A DNA stretch of 64,000 bases from Candidatus Zixiibacteriota bacterium (GCA_050117845.1 JASFLY010000003.1:96001-160000), one strand, 5' to 3'; positions 1 to 10,706 are shown, counted from the stretch's first letter. Made by a program: numbers and translations. Notes: generated from the sequence alone by a model not told the origin.

Positions 1-2
1 TC

Positions 3-305
3 CTAACGCAACCCAAAACGGCGCTCATAAAACAGTATCGGGCCCTGATGTCCACCGAAGGCCTGGACCTCCACTTCGAGGATAGCGCGATTAAAAAAAT
101 CGCGGAACTTTCGCAAACGCTCAACGAGAAGTTGGAGAACATCGGCGCGCGGCGGCTTCATACGGTAATGGAGACGCTGCTCGAGGATATATCGTTCGAC
201 GCGCCGGAACGTAAAAGCGCCAAGATTACGATAGACGAAAAATACGTCGAGGAGAAGCTGGCCTCCCTCGCCCGCGACGAAGACGTCGCAAGATACATCT
301 TGTAA
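3..305 (+). CDS. hslU: ATP-dependent protease ATPase subunit HslU, C-terminal part (truncated by window start)
   Basis: Open frame from position 3: [16 protein letters not shown]...[24 protein letters not shown]...[12 protein letters not shown], the HslU C-terminal signature. Confidence 0.95.
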   Translation, partial: LTQPKTALIKQYRALMSTEGLDLHFEDSAIKKIAELSQTLNEKLENIGARRLHTVMETLLEDISFDAPERKSAKITIDEKYVEEKLASLARDEDVARYIL

Positions 306-359
306 GAGCGGCCGGCCGGAAGCAGGCCAAGGCCGCGAACGTTGTTAAGGAGTTCCATA

Positions 360-863
360 ATGAGGAAGCAAATCACAGCCGCATTCGCACTGGCGTTCCT
401 CGTCGCCGTTAACGCGGCCGGCGCCAAAGATTGGACTAAAAATCTGGACAGCAAGGACGAGGCCAAACGGGCCCGCGCGGCAGAGGAACTCTGGCATAAG
501 GCGGTAGACGAGGGCCTGAACGGCGACGAAATCGAAGCGCTCGCCATCGCCGTCGACGACCCGTCGGACGACGTCGCCCTCTTCGCCATCAAAGCCCTCG
601 CGTCCAACTCGAAGATTTCCACCTCCCAGCAATACGCGCCCGATTTCGCCAACCGCGGGAATAACTTCGTCGCTTTCCTGTTGTGGACCTCCATTTACAA
701 TACGTACTCGCAATTCATCGAAGCCGCCGGCGGGACCGGCGAGGGCGATATGAACGAAGAGATGGATTACGCCGAAAAGGAGGCCGAACGGGCGTTCGAT
801 AACATGCTGGACCCGCAACGCAAAGGTTGGGCCGAACCTTACGTCGAAGAGATCTTCAAGTGA
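360..863 (+). CDS. Secreted hypothetical protein, short HEAT-like helical segment
   Basis: AAGGAG RBS before ATG 360; signal peptide MRKQITAAFALAFLVAVNAAGA; DDPSDDVALFAIKAL is HEAT-like. Confidence 0.7.
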   Translation: MRKQITAAFALAFLVAVNAAGAKDWTKNLDSKDEAKRARAAEELWHKAVDEGLNGDEIEALAIAVDDPSDDVALFAIKALASNSKISTSQQYAPDFANRGNNFVAFLLWTSIYNTYSQFIEAAGGTGEGDMNEEMDYAEKEAERAFDNMLDPQRKGWAEPYVEEIFK

Positions 864-1864
864 GTTCGGACCGGCAAGCGGTGGAGGCGTCGTACTGGCG
901 AAGCGGCGACGAAGGCCGCGCGGCCTGCGAACTCTGCCCCCGCCGCTGCTCCATCCCCGACGGCGCGCGGGGCAGTTGCCATCTGCGGAGGAATCGGAAC
1001 GGCACCCTGTACGCCGAAGCGTACGGCGAAGTGGCATCGGCGGCCTTAGACCCCATCGAGAAGAAGCCGCTTTACCACTTCCATCCGGGAGACGACGTCC
1101 TTTCCACCGGCCCCAACGGCTGCAACCTCCTCTGCCGTGGCTGCCAGAACTACCAGATATCGCAGGAAGAAATTCCCACCCGGTATCTCTCCCCCCAGGC
1201 TCTGGCTCAATTGGCCGCCGGGCAGGGTTCGCCCGGCGTCGCGTATACGTACACTGAACCGTTGGTATGGTTCGAGTACGTCCGGGACGCCTCCCGGGCG
1301 GCGAACGCGGCGGGCCTGTACAACGTCGCCGTTACGAACGGTTATCTCGAAGAGGCACCGGCGCGGGAGGCGGCGTCCTTCCTCGACGCCGCCAACGTCG
1401 ACGTGAAAGCCATGTCCGAAGATTTCTACCGGGACTACTGCGGCGGCGAACTCGAGCCGGTGCTTCGTACCTGCGAGATATTCAAGAAAGAACTCCACCT
1501 CGAAATAACGAATCTCCTCATTACCGACCTCAACGACCGTGAGGAAGACGTCGAGGCCCTGGTAGGGTGGGTCGTCGAAAACCTGGGCCGCGATACGCCG
1601 GTGCATTTCTCCCGGTACTTCCCCCACTATAAAATGGACGCGCCGGCGACTCCCCCCCACCATATCCTGCGCGCCAAAGAAATCGCCGACCGCGAACTCT
1701 ACTACGTCTTCGTCGGTAACATCGCCGGCATCGGCGGTACTGACACGTTTTGCCCGCAATGCGGCAACCTCATCGTCGATCGCCAGGGGTACCGCGGCCG
1801 CGTCGTCGGCCTGGACGACGGTAAATGTAACAATTGCGGTCGGCCGAGCGAAATAGTATTATAA
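860..1864 (+). CDS. amrS: AmmeMemoRadiSam system radical SAM enzyme
   Basis: EASYW..CELCPRRC, DPIEKKPLYHF, GCNLLCRGCQN (CxxxCxxC), HFSRYFP, C-terminal CPQCG/CNNCG; GTG overlaps upstream stop. Confidence 0.92.
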   Translation: MSSDRQAVEASYWRSGDEGRAACELCPRRCSIPDGARGSCHLRRNRNGTLYAEAYGEVASAALDPIEKKPLYHFHPGDDVLSTGPNGCNLLCRGCQNYQISQEEIPTRYLSPQALAQLAAGQGSPGVAYTYTEPLVWFEYVRDASRAANAAGLYNVAVTNGYLEEAPAREAASFLDAANVDVKAMSEDFYRDYCGGELEPVLRTCEIFKKELHLEITNLLITDLNDREEDVEALVGWVVENLGRDTPVHFSRYFPHYKMDAPATPPHHILRAKEIADRELYYVFVGNIAGIGGTDTFCPQCGNLIVDRQGYRGRVVGLDDGKCNNCGRPSEIVL

Positions 1865-1885
1865 AAAATACGGGATGTGGTTAAT

Positions 1886-2272
1886 ATGCGCATAAGATAC
1901 GCGGCGTTGGCCGTTTTTATCGCTATCGCGGCCGGGGCCTGTACGCCCCCCGGCACCGTTACCACGAAGGATTACAACCGTTTCGCCATCCGGGCCCAGG
2001 AGGTGGGTCTATGGCGCGAGGCGGAGTACCGCCTGCGCCAGGCCCTCGCCGAGAGTCCGGACGACGCGCGTCTCCACAACAACCTCGCGGTCGCGCTCGA
2101 GGCCCAGGGGAAACTCGAAGAGGCGTACGCCGAATACAACAAAGCGGTGAAATCGGATCCGGAAAACGGAATGTACAGTAAAAACCTGCGAGACTTCACC
2201 GCGGCCCACCGATGGGAATACGACCCGGGGGAAGAAGATGAAGAAGACGCCCCCGCTGAGGAGGGGAGTTAA
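1886..2272 (+). CDS. TPR lipoprotein
   Basis: Lipobox AGAC; TPR LHNNLAVALEAQGKLEEAYAEYNKA. Confidence 0.8.
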   Translation: MRIRYAALAVFIAIAAGACTPPGTVTTKDYNRFAIRAQEVGLWREAEYRLRQALAESPDDARLHNNLAVALEAQGKLEEAYAEYNKAVKSDPENGMYSKNLRDFTAAHRWEYDPGEEDEEDAPAEEGS

Positions 2273-2278
2273 CGGCGC

Positions 2279-3640
2279 GTGAAAACTTACCTGCGAAAAA
2301 TACTATCGGGCGCTCCGGCCGACTACGCCGAATTCCGGTATCAGGAAACGAGGTCGACGCGTCTCAGCTTCGACGGCGACGGCCTGAAAGACGTCGTCGT
2401 TAACTCGGCGCGCGGCGGTTTCGTTCGGGTCCTCGTAAACGGCTCCTTCGGCGTCGCGTCCTTTGAGGACCTGGACCGGGCGGCCGAGTATCTGGACAAG
2501 GCCGTCGGTATCGCCCGCCTCAAGGCCGGCGAATTCCGGGGCTTCGACCCGGTGGAAATCGTGGACGAGGACGTCGTACTGGAAGTCCCGCGCCCCGCCC
2601 ACGAGCTGGACCTTGACGAAAAGGTGGCCGTCGTTAGCAAGTACAACGATATCCTACTGGGCCACGACCGCATCCCCTCCACCGAAAGCGTCTACCTCGA
2701 TTCCACCGACTACCGCCTCTTCGTGAACTCCGAGGGCACGGCCGTCTCCATTACGAAACCTCGATGCAACCTTTCGCTCCGGCCGCTCGCGAGCGAGGGC
2801 GGCGTGGTCCAGATGGCCATCCGCAGCATCGGCGGCATCGTGGGTTTCGACCACCTGTTGGGCCGGGAGGCCGAGGTGGAGGAGCTCGCCGTTCACGCCG
2901 CGTCCCTGCTCGACGCGGAGCCCGTTACCGCCGGGACTTACACGGTCATTACGGACCCGCTGTTGACTGGGATATTCGCGCACGAGGCGTTCGGCCACAC
3001 GGCCGAGGCCGACGACGTCGCCCGGGACGACAACCTACGGGAGATAATGACGATAGGACGCCGCTTCGGTTCGGACATCCTTTCCCTGGCGGACGACGGC
3101 CTGGTTGAAGAGCACAACGGCTACGTCCCCTTCGACGACGAGGGGGTCCGGGGCCGCAAGAAATACCTGATCAAGGAGGGCATCCTGACCGGCCTGCTTC
3201 ACGACCGGGAAACCGCCACGCGGATGGGGATGGACCCGACCGGCAACGCCCGGGCCCTCAACTACCACTTCGCCCCGCTGGTACGGATGACGGCTACCTA
3301 CATCGAGCCCGGCGAGATTAGCTTCGAGGAAATGCTGGCCGGCGTGCCCCGCGGTATCTACGCCCGTCGGGCCAAGGGCGGCACCGGCGGCGAAACGTTC
3401 AGCTTCACCGCCGAGGACGGGTACCTCATAGAAAACGGGAAACTAACGACGCACCTCCGCGACCTCAAACTGCAAGGCAACCTCTTCAAAACGCTCGAGA
3501 ACATCAGCGCCGTCGGCAACGACTTCGAGATGCCGGAGGAGGGCGTGGCCGGCTGCGGGAAATGGGGCCAGTCGCCCCTGCCGGTCGCCAACGGCGGCCC
3601 GCACATGCTCATCCAAAACGTACAGATAGGAGGCCGGTAA
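2279..3640 (+). CDS. tldD: TldD family metalloprotease
   Basis: HEAFGH zinc motif, FDDEG, TGNARA, C-terminal CGKWGQ..PV..GGP. Confidence 0.92.
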   Translation: MKTYLRKILSGAPADYAEFRYQETRSTRLSFDGDGLKDVVVNSARGGFVRVLVNGSFGVASFEDLDRAAEYLDKAVGIARLKAGEFRGFDPVEIVDEDVVLEVPRPAHELDLDEKVAVVSKYNDILLGHDRIPSTESVYLDSTDYRLFVNSEGTAVSITKPRCNLSLRPLASEGGVVQMAIRSIGGIVGFDHLLGREAEVEELAVHAASLLDAEPVTAGTYTVITDPLLTGIFAHEAFGHTAEADDVARDDNLREIMTIGRRFGSDILSLADDGLVEEHNGYVPFDDEGVRGRKKYLIKEGILTGLLHDRETATRMGMDPTGNARALNYHFAPLVRMTATYIEPGEISFEEMLAGVPRGIYARRAKGGTGGETFSFTAEDGYLIENGKLTTHLRDLKLQGNLFKTLENISAVGNDFEMPEEGVAGCGKWGQSPLPVANGGPHMLIQNVQIGGR

Positions 3641-3642
3641 CC

Positions 3643-4956
3643 GTGGTCGTTGAGAAGATATTGGAAGATGCCGGCCGCAGGGCGGACAGGGCGGAAGCGT
3701 ATTTCAGCGAGGGCGAGACTACTACGGTACTGTTCAAAGCCGGGGAACTCCACGAGGCGGGGATAGCGAACAGCCGCGGCGTCGCCGTGCGGGCTTTCGT
3801 GGACGGCCGGGTCGGCTACGGGGGAACCACCGACCTCACGCAACCGACGGCCGTGGTCGACGCCGCCGTCGCGACGGCCAAACACGGCCGACGGGCCGAG
3901 TACGAACTCCCCGACGGCGGGGCGGACTACGCCGACGTAGCGCCTTTCGACGCCGACGTGGCGGCGCTCAAACCGGAGTTCATGGTCGAACTGGGCGAGC
4001 GGGCCGACGCCATGGTAAAGGCCGCCGACGAGCGATACGTCGTAACGGTGGAGATTGAACGCTCCATCGGCCGGACGCGGCTCGTCAACTCCGCGGGCCT
4101 CGACCGCACCGAAGAATCGACCGCCTATTCGTTCGCGGTCGTAGTCAATCGGACGACCGAGGGCGACATCTTCTACCACTACGATTACGACATGTCCTTC
4201 GCGCGCGACTTCGACGAAATCGCCGTCGTGGAACGCCTGCTCGACGCCCTGCAATGGACCGATCGCATTGTCGAATTGGAAACCGGGAAGATGGACCTCA
4301 TCGTCGACCCCGCCCAGGTACCGTCCCTCCTGCTCCCGGTGGTTACGTGCATCAACGGCGCGTACGTCGCAGACCGATCGTCGGCCCTGGCCGGCCGATT
4401 GGGCGAACAGGTAGCCGCCCCCGCGTTCTCGCTCGTCGACGACGCCACGAATACGTTCGGGTGGATGAGCGGCTCCTTCGACGGCGAGGGCACGCCGACC
4501 CGCCGGACGCCCGTAATCGAACGGGGCGTCCTGAAGTCATTCCTAACGGATCTCGCCACGGCGGAACGCCTGGACACAGCCCCGACCGGCCACGCGCGCC
4601 GGGGGGTAGGGTCTCCCCCGCGGCCCGGAACGTCGAACGTCATCGTGGAAGCGGGCGAAACGCCGGCCGCGGAGCTAATCGCCGATACGGCGCGCGGCGT
4701 CCTCGTCCGAGGCACCGCCGGAAGTTCGATGGGCAATATCCGCGGCGGCGAACTCAGCGCCACCATAACGTACGGCCTGAAAATAGAGAACGGCGAGATA
4801 GTGGGCCGCGTCAAGGACTGCCTCTTCGCGGGAAACGTATTCCAGATGCTGGGCGAACGCCTGCGGGCGGTCGCGAGCGACCCGCGGCGCAGCGCCGGCT
4901 CTTACCTAACTCCCGCGATATTCGTTAGCGACCAGACAGTTACCGCCAAAGGGTAA
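3643..4956 (+). CDS. pmbA: PmbA/TldE family protein
   Basis: FDGEG, TGHARR, no HExxH; directly follows tldD; GTG start at 3643. Confidence 0.88.
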   Translation: MVVEKILEDAGRRADRAEAYFSEGETTTVLFKAGELHEAGIANSRGVAVRAFVDGRVGYGGTTDLTQPTAVVDAAVATAKHGRRAEYELPDGGADYADVAPFDADVAALKPEFMVELGERADAMVKAADERYVVTVEIERSIGRTRLVNSAGLDRTEESTAYSFAVVVNRTTEGDIFYHYDYDMSFARDFDEIAVVERLLDALQWTDRIVELETGKMDLIVDPAQVPSLLLPVVTCINGAYVADRSSALAGRLGEQVAAPAFSLVDDATNTFGWMSGSFDGEGTPTRRTPVIERGVLKSFLTDLATAERLDTAPTGHARRGVGSPPRPGTSNVIVEAGETPAAELIADTARGVLVRGTAGSSMGNIRGGELSATITYGLKIENGEIVGRVKDCLFAGNVFQMLGERLRAVASDPRRSAGSYLTPAIFVSDQTVTAKG

Positions 4957-5013
4957 AGCTTTTACGCAAACGACGAACGCCACCCGGTCGGGTGGCGCTT
5001 TACTAGGGGTAGC

Positions 5014-6456
5014 GTGGGATTTCCCGATGAAAAAGGGGCCGGCGCGCGCCGGGTGATGGCCAACGCCGGTTACCTGCTGGCCACCAACGCGTACCGCATC
5101 CTCCTCAACATGGCGATTTTTTTCGTCATCGCCCGCGTGTTGGGCGCCGACGAACTGGGCCGATACGCCTTCGCCCTGTCGTACGCCACCCTCTTCTCCG
5201 TCGCCGTCCACCTGGGCCTGAACGACCTGATAATCCGACAGGTCGCCGTGAACAAGGCCGACGGGCCGCTGTACTTCACGGTGGCGGTCATTACCAAACT
5301 GGTGACGGGCGTCCTCATAACCGCGACGACGGCCGTAACCATCGGCGTTAGCGGCAAGCCGTCGATGGTCCAGGAACTGGTCCTGGCCGCGGCCCTAACG
5401 ACGAGCCTGGTATCCGGCGTCGAGACCGTCGTCGTCGCCTTCTTCTACGCCCACGAGCGGATGCGCTACGTCCTTATCCTGGGCGTAATGCGGGTCACGC
5501 TCAACGCGGCCGCCGGCATCGGCGCGGCGCTCGCGGGCTTCGGGGCGCGCGGAGTGCTGTGGGGATTCCTGGCGGTGGAAGTGCTCGTCGCGGCGTTCGC
5601 GTTCATCTGGGTACGTCGCCTCGGCCTGCGCTTCGTCCGGCCCTCCCTCCCCGACTTCAAGCAAATACTGTGGCGCAGTCTGCCCTTCGGCTTGAACGGC
5701 GTATTCATCACCATTTACATGCAGCTCCACTACTCGCTGTTGTCCTTCTTCCGGGGCGACCACGCGACGGGTGAATACGCCGCCGCGGCCAAACTAGTTA
5801 CTTTCCTGTGTTTTATACCTTCGGCTCTGACGCAGGCCCTGTACCCGTACCTCTCCCGCCTCGCCGCGGCCGACGACGGCAGTCCCGGTCGGCCCGCCGT
5901 ACGGGCGGTCCGTTACCTCGCCCTAATTTCCCTTCCGGCAGCTTTGTACCTCTTCTTCCGCGCGGACGCCGTCGTATCGCTCGTATACGGTCCGGGCTAC
6001 GCCGAGTCGGCGAAGTTGCTATCCCTTCTCGCCCTAACGCTTCCCTTCGTGTTCGCGTCCTACCCAACGGCCGTTGCCCTCAACGCGCTACGGCGGGAAC
6101 GCGCCAACACCGCGGTGGCGGCGGGGGGCGCCGCCATCAACGTGGCGGCGAACCTCGTCCTGGTACCGCTGATGGGGGCGGCCGGGGCCGCGTTGGCCTT
6201 CCTCGCCGCGGAAGCGTCCCAGAGCGTCGCGCGACTGACGCTGGTACGCGTATTCGCCGGTCCCCTGTGTTTCCTGCGCAACGTCGCGCCCGTTTTCATC
6301 CCGACGGCGGTTATGGCCGGGGCGATGTACTTCACCCGCCATTTACCTCTCTTCGGCGAGATGCCGATCCTCGCCGTACTTTACGTCGGTACGGCGTGGG
6401 CAACGAAGGTCGTCCCGCGGGAGGACCTGGTTCGCCTCCTGCGTCGCGGCAAATAA
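5014..6456 (+). CDS. Wzx-like polysaccharide flippase (MOP family)
   Basis: About 12-14 hydrophobic segments; IARVLGADELGRY and GEYAAAAKL patterns. Confidence 0.85.
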   Translation: MGFPDEKGAGARRVMANAGYLLATNAYRILLNMAIFFVIARVLGADELGRYAFALSYATLFSVAVHLGLNDLIIRQVAVNKADGPLYFTVAVITKLVTGVLITATTAVTIGVSGKPSMVQELVLAAALTTSLVSGVETVVVAFFYAHERMRYVLILGVMRVTLNAAAGIGAALAGFGARGVLWGFLAVEVLVAAFAFIWVRRLGLRFVRPSLPDFKQILWRSLPFGLNGVFITIYMQLHYSLLSFFRGDHATGEYAAAAKLVTFLCFIPSALTQALYPYLSRLAAADDGSPGRPAVRAVRYLALISLPAALYLFFRADAVVSLVYGPGYAESAKLLSLLALTLPFVFASYPTAVALNALRRERANTAVAAGGAAINVAANLVLVPLMGAAGAALAFLAAEASQSVARLTLVRVFAGPLCFLRNVAPVFIPTAVMAGAMYFTRHLPLFGEMPILAVLYVGTAWATKVVPREDLVRLLRRGK

Positions 6457-6465
6457 TAAGCGAAT

Positions 6466-7107
6466 TTAAAGGAAGGGTTCGGCGAGTCGCCGCGCCCGGC
6501 GCACGACCGCGCCGTCGAGGGTCGCCAAGGTTTCGGCGGAACGAGAGTGCGGGACACGACCGGCGGCCCGGACGGCGCCGGCCTTGACTATCAACCAGAA
6601 GGCCACCGCGAGGTCGAGCGACTCGGCCAGGGCCTCCCGCGCCGGCGGCGCCCATGCGTAAGATCTCGACTCCTCGGCGGCGTCGGCGGCCATTATTATA
6701 CGGTCGGCGAGCGTCGGTTCGGGCCTTCCCGTTACGTGGTAGCGAATCGCCGCCGCCCCTTCGGCCGGCAGGCCCAACGCCGAAGCCACGGCCGCCCCTG
6801 CCGGCCCGTGGAGGAGGCCCGGACCGACGGCTTTTTCGACGTCGTCGGGAGGCCAACCCCGCCAATCGGATATCCCCTTCATCGCCCGGGGCGTTAGGAC
6901 CCGGCCTACGTCGTGCAGGAGCGCTGCTCGCCGGACCAGCGCCGGGGCCGGGTGGCCGTATTGTCGGGCCAGCGTTTCGGCGAGCTCCGCGGCTCCCCGG
7001 GAATGGTCGTAGCGACGTTCGGACATCATTTCCCGCAGAGCGGAATCCTCGTCGGCCGCGGCGCCTAAGGCCGCGACGACGGCGTTGAAGTCGTCGGGGA
7101 ACGTCAT
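6466..7107 (-). CDS. yqeK: YqeK-like HD-domain hydrolase (Ap4A hydrolase family)
   Basis: RYDHSRG, ALLHDVG, LLHGPAGA, AIRYHVTG, ADAAE; coupled to nadD. Confidence 0.85.
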   Translation of the reverse strand: MTFPDDFNAVVAALGAAADEDSALREMMSERRYDHSRGAAELAETLARQYGHPAPALVRRAALLHDVGRVLTPRAMKGISDWRGWPPDDVEKAVGPGLLHGPAGAAVASALGLPAEGAAAIRYHVTGRPEPTLADRIIMAADAAEESRSYAWAPPAREALAESLDLAVAFWLIVKAGAVRAAGRVPHSRSAETLATLDGAVVRRARRLAEPFL

Positions 7108-7712
7108 CGGTAAAGGCGCGAAGAGAGTATGAAATCGAAAACGGCGCGCGGGACGAGGTAACGGAAGGGTGCCCTCTCCTTAACGCGATTCCGCACGAGC
7201 GTGGAGGATACGGGGATGGGGGTGACTTCCAGCGGCTCGAACTTGCCGGCGAGTTCGGCCGGCGCGGCCGCCAAATCGTACCCGGGACGCGTGAGGGCGA
7301 CGAGCCGGGCTTCGGCGAGCAGGAGCTCCCAGCCTTTCCACGTGGTGACCTCGGCCAGGTTGTCGGCGCCGACGGCCACGGTGACGTCCCGGAAACCCGC
7401 TGCCCGAAGCGCGGCCACGGTATCCACGGTATACGATACGCCCCCCCGCTCCACCTCCAACGCCGACGCGACGAAGCGGCGGTCGCCGGCGACGGCCAGC
7501 CGTACCATGTGCAAGCGCGTCTCGGCGGCCGTATGCACTCCTTCCAGCTTGTGGGGGGGAGTCGCGGCGGGCATGAATAAAACCGCCGACGGTTGGAGGC
7601 GGTAATAAACGTCGTCGGCCACCACCAGGTGGCCGACGTGGGGCGGGTCGAAAGTGCCGCCGAATACGACAACGGTTTTATCGCGTTCTAATCTGGCGAC
7701 GTACTCCTCCAC
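7104..7712 (-). CDS. nadD: Nicotinate-nucleotide adenylyltransferase
   Basis: FGGTFDPPHVGH, PPHK, SYTVDT, GADN..W, VSSTLVR. Confidence 0.96.
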   Translation of the reverse strand: MEEYVARLERDKTVVVFGGTFDPPHVGHLVVADDVYYRLQPSAVLFMPAATPPHKLEGVHTAAETRLHMVRLAVAGDRRFVASALEVERGGVSYTVDTVAALRAAGFRDVTVAVGADNLAEVTTWKGWELLLAEARLVALTRPGYDLAAAPAELAGKFEPLEVTPIPVSSTLVRNRVKERAPFRYLVPRAVFDFILSSRLYR

Positions 7713-7733
7713 CTGTCCGGCCCGGCGGGCCGC

Positions 7734-8483
7734 CTACCCTCCTAACGCCGAAAGGCGGGTCGCCGCGGCCTCCGCAAAGGGGCTTTCCGGATAACGGCTC
7801 AAAACGTTACGGTAACTGCTGGCGGCGGCGTCAAATTCCCCCAACTCACCGTAACACTCCCCCGAGAGGAACGCGGCCTCGGCGGACCCGGAGTACTCGG
7901 GGTAAGCCGCCCCCAGGTTTTCGAAATACACGACGGCGGCTCTATACTCGCCGGTCTTCTTATAGAATTTCCCGATCGCCAGGAATTTATCCGCCTGTAT
8001 TCGGCGCGCCTCGGCGATTCCTTCCCGCGCCTTGGGTATCAACGGCGAATTCTCGTATTCCTCGATAAGGGTCGTGAACTCGTCCAGGGCCTCGTCTATG
8101 GCCGTCTGGTCCTTCTCTATGGGCAGGACGGCGGCCAGTTTGGTCATACCCTTCATGTACTGCGCGTCGTCGCACCATTCGCTAGCCGGATAGCGGTCGA
8201 TTATTTGTTCGAAGCGAACGTACGCCTCTTCATATAACCCCTGGTTGTGATAGGACAACGCGATGTAGTACAACGCCTCCGGAGCCGCGGTCGGCGAGCG
8301 CGTAATCATGTGCTCGAAGTACTCTCGGGCGGCGGGTTCTTTACCCTGATCCAACTTCGCCAACCCCGATACCCGGAGCTGGTCGACGGTCAAATCCGCC
8401 GCCAACTTCTCCTTGCCGCACGCGGCCGGCAACGTCAACGCCACGGCGCAAAAGAACGCGTACTTCACAAATCGGCGTTTCAT
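7734..8483 (-). CDS. bamD: Outer membrane assembly lipoprotein BamD
   Basis: Lipobox AAC; TPRs; DQT..A..EF..LI..Y..S; IGKFYKK.G.YRAAVVYF. Confidence 0.85.
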   Translation of the reverse strand: MKRRFVKYAFFCAVALTLPAACGKEKLAADLTVDQLRVSGLAKLDQGKEPAAREYFEHMITRSPTAAPEALYYIALSYHNQGLYEEAYVRFEQIIDRYPASEWCDDAQYMKGMTKLAAVLPIEKDQTAIDEALDEFTTLIEEYENSPLIPKAREGIAEARRIQADKFLAIGKFYKKTGEYRAAVVYFENLGAAYPEYSGSAEAAFLSGECYGELGEFDAAASSYRNVLSRYPESPFAEAAATRLSALGG

Positions 8484-8486
8484 AGA

Positions 8487-9131
8487 CTAATCGGCGGAGG
8501 CCGAAAGCGCGAAGAGGTAAATCAGCGCGCCGGTGATTCCGGTTACGAGTAGCGGTTCGACGAAGGGGTTTTGGCCGCCCTCGGGCCGTTGCGGGCCGAT
8601 TTGTTCGATACGTTCGTCGGTTAACTTGCTTACGACTTTTTTAGGAACGGCGTTTTCGAATTCGCCTTTATATTCCCCGGCCCAAAATATCTCGCCGTTG
8701 GCTCCGTAAACTCGGACGTGGGCGATAGTCCGGCCTATGCGTTTTACGCGGCCCCGATCGGCTTTGGCGTTGACTATCCGCGATTCGATTAGACGATACT
8801 TGATTACCGATTCTCCTCCCGAATTCTCCGGAACGACGTCCAAACCACGGTTGGACAGCTCGGCCGATAGAATATCCGCAAACCTCTCATAGAGCCAAGC
8901 GTACTCGCCTTCGTCCGCCAGGCTTTCCAATACGAAGGGGCTGTTATCGGGAACCAGTACCCGGTTTTCGCCCGTCGCGGTCACGAGTTCTTTCATCGAA
9001 GCCGCAAGCAGGTCGCCGTCGCTCAGGAATTCATCCGGCAATTTATACGTGACGTCCCCACAGGCCGCCAGCAGAAAAACCGTCGCCGCCAGACCCGCTA
9101 TTACGCCCATGTTTCGTCTGAATCTCGCCAT
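8487..9131 (-). CDS. Hypothetical lipoprotein with C-terminal hydrophobic helix
   Basis: Lipobox LAAC; C-terminal VEPLLVTGITGALIYLF. Confidence 0.7.
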   Translation of the reverse strand: MARFRRNMGVIAGLAATVFLLAACGDVTYKLPDEFLSDGDLLAASMKELVTATGENRVLVPDNSPFVLESLADEGEYAWLYERFADILSAELSNRGLDVVPENSGGESVIKYRLIESRIVNAKADRGRVKRIGRTIAHVRVYGANGEIFWAGEYKGEFENAVPKKVVSKLTDERIEQIGPQRPEGGQNPFVEPLLVTGITGALIYLFALSASAD

Positions 9132-9178
9132 TCCGTACTACCTCCACGTTGAAATCGGACGCCCCACTCCGGGCGTGA

Positions 9179-10579
9179 TTAATCCTCGTTAATAGGCCGG
9201 CCGTAGCCGGGGACGGTCGAGGAGTCGATCTCGTAATCACCGTCGCCGTCGAAGTCCAGGAACACGAAAAGGATATATTGACTTTTCGTCCCGCCCGGTT
9301 CGAAGTACTCCCAGGCCTCGAAAGGTTCGGACTGCCACGTCGATGAACCGATGTCCACTTCCGATCTTAATCCCATGGGCGAACTTAAAACCTGGTCCGG
9401 TTCGCCGTACATCAAATAAATCCTACCCATATCGGTATCGACGCCGTCCCGGAAGGGAATCGAATAACGCTGCTGAACGTAGTAATAACGCTCGTAGAAA
9501 GTGTTTTTAAATTCATTCGTCGGCGTCTCCGGATCGGGGTCGCGCCGCTGCCAGAAGTTTTCGATAAAAATGGGTTTTTCTTCCGGCGGGAGGGCGTCGA
9601 ACGCCGCCATCTCCGCTTCGCTCGCAATGAGCGAAATCTCGCGCCGTATTTGTTTCTCCTCCTCCAACGAGTAAGGTATGAATTTCCCCTTTATTTCGGC
9701 CGATTCCTCTTCCGAATATTTATGATAAACGATGAACCGCTTCCGGGCCTCGGCCAATTCGGTCCCGGCGCGGTCCTCCAAACGAATTACTAATTCGTAA
9801 CTGCCCGGTGGTACTCCCGCTAAATCCAACGTATCGGCTCGAGCGATGTCCCCTTCCGCATCTTCCAGCACCCGCTCCACCCGTACGAAACGCCTGCCGT
9901 TTAATTGGGATACGTCGTAGCGGAGGACGAAGCCGCCATTTTCGCCGCCGAGGGGAGGAAGGCCGTAAACCTCGTAATATATTGGTAACACCGGGTCGCT
10001 ATCACTTACGAGTTTTGTGGGATTGGGGATAATACTCAGGCCGTTTCTAATGAATTCCCCCTCGGTCCCCGCCTCCACCGGCGCTATGGAGCTGGCCAAT
10101 TCCACGTCCGAGATGGCAATACTACCGCCACGGGGCGGAACCGCGAGTTCGACGCCGTCGACGGTAGGATCTCCCCCGTCCGGCTCGCCGACGCCGATAT
10201 TTAGAACGTAATCACCCGGCGGGACGGCTAAACCCAAACGACTGACGGAAAGGCGGCCGGCGCTTCCCTCGCCGGGAGCGACGCGGGCCGCTTTGGCAAC
10301 GACCCGGTTCGCGACAACGGCCCCGTCCCCGGCCCGCTCCGCCCGTACGCCCACGTTGAAATTGTAGTCCTCTCCGCCGTCGGACGTTATCTTCGGCGTA
10401 AGGTGGTCGAGCGGAACGGCGATATAAGCCTCCACCCAGACCATATCTCCAGCCGAGGGGTAGAACAAAGCGTAATCGAAATAAAAGGCCGGCTCGGCCT
10501 CCGCGGCGAACGCGCCGGCCGCAAAGGCTGCGGCCGTCGCTAAAAACGCGACGTAATATTTTAACCTGCCCGTGAACAT
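9179..10579 (-). CDS. GWxTD domain-containing protein
   Basis: FWQRRDPDPETPTNEF and GVDTDMGRIYLMYGEPD (GWxTD variant); signal peptide; start set at ATG 10579 from the promoter position. Confidence 0.85.
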   Translation of the reverse strand: MFTGRLKYYVAFLATAAAFAAGAFAAEAEPAFYFDYALFYPSAGDMVWVEAYIAVPLDHLTPKITSDGGEDYNFNVGVRAERAGDGAVVANRVVAKAARVAPGEGSAGRLSVSRLGLAVPPGDYVLNIGVGEPDGGDPTVDGVELAVPPRGGSIAISDVELASSIAPVEAGTEGEFIRNGLSIIPNPTKLVSDSDPVLPIYYEVYGLPPLGGENGGFVLRYDVSQLNGRRFVRVERVLEDAEGDIARADTLDLAGVPPGSYELVIRLEDRAGTELAEARKRFIVYHKYSEEESAEIKGKFIPYSLEEEKQIRREISLIASEAEMAAFDALPPEEKPIFIENFWQRRDPDPETPTNEFKNTFYERYYYVQQRYSIPFRDGVDTDMGRIYLMYGEPDQVLSSPMGLRSEVDIGSSTWQSEPFEAWEYFEPGGTKSQYILFVFLDFDGDGDYEIDSSTVPGYGRPINED

Positions 10580-10591
10580 ATATTGGCGCTT

Positions 10592-10620
10592 ATTATATAA
10601 CAACGGCGAGCCCTCTGCAA
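10592..10620 (-). promoter_or_regulatory. sigma70-type promoter of the GWxTD-bamD-nadD operon
   Basis: TTGCAG-N17-TATAAT on the minus strand. Confidence 0.65.
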
Positions 10621-10651
10621 GCCGGAAGTGAACCCGTCCGCGCGAAGGCGA

Positions 10652-10678
10652 AACCCCGGGCCGCGAGGGCCCGGGGTT
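10652..10678 (-). terminator. Hairpin, probable terminator after the PorV-like gene
   Basis: AACCCCGGGCC-N5-GGCCCGGGGTT, 11-bp stem; short T tract. Confidence 0.6.
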
Positions 10679-10706
10679 ATTATACTTATTCGCTACGCGG
10701 GACTCT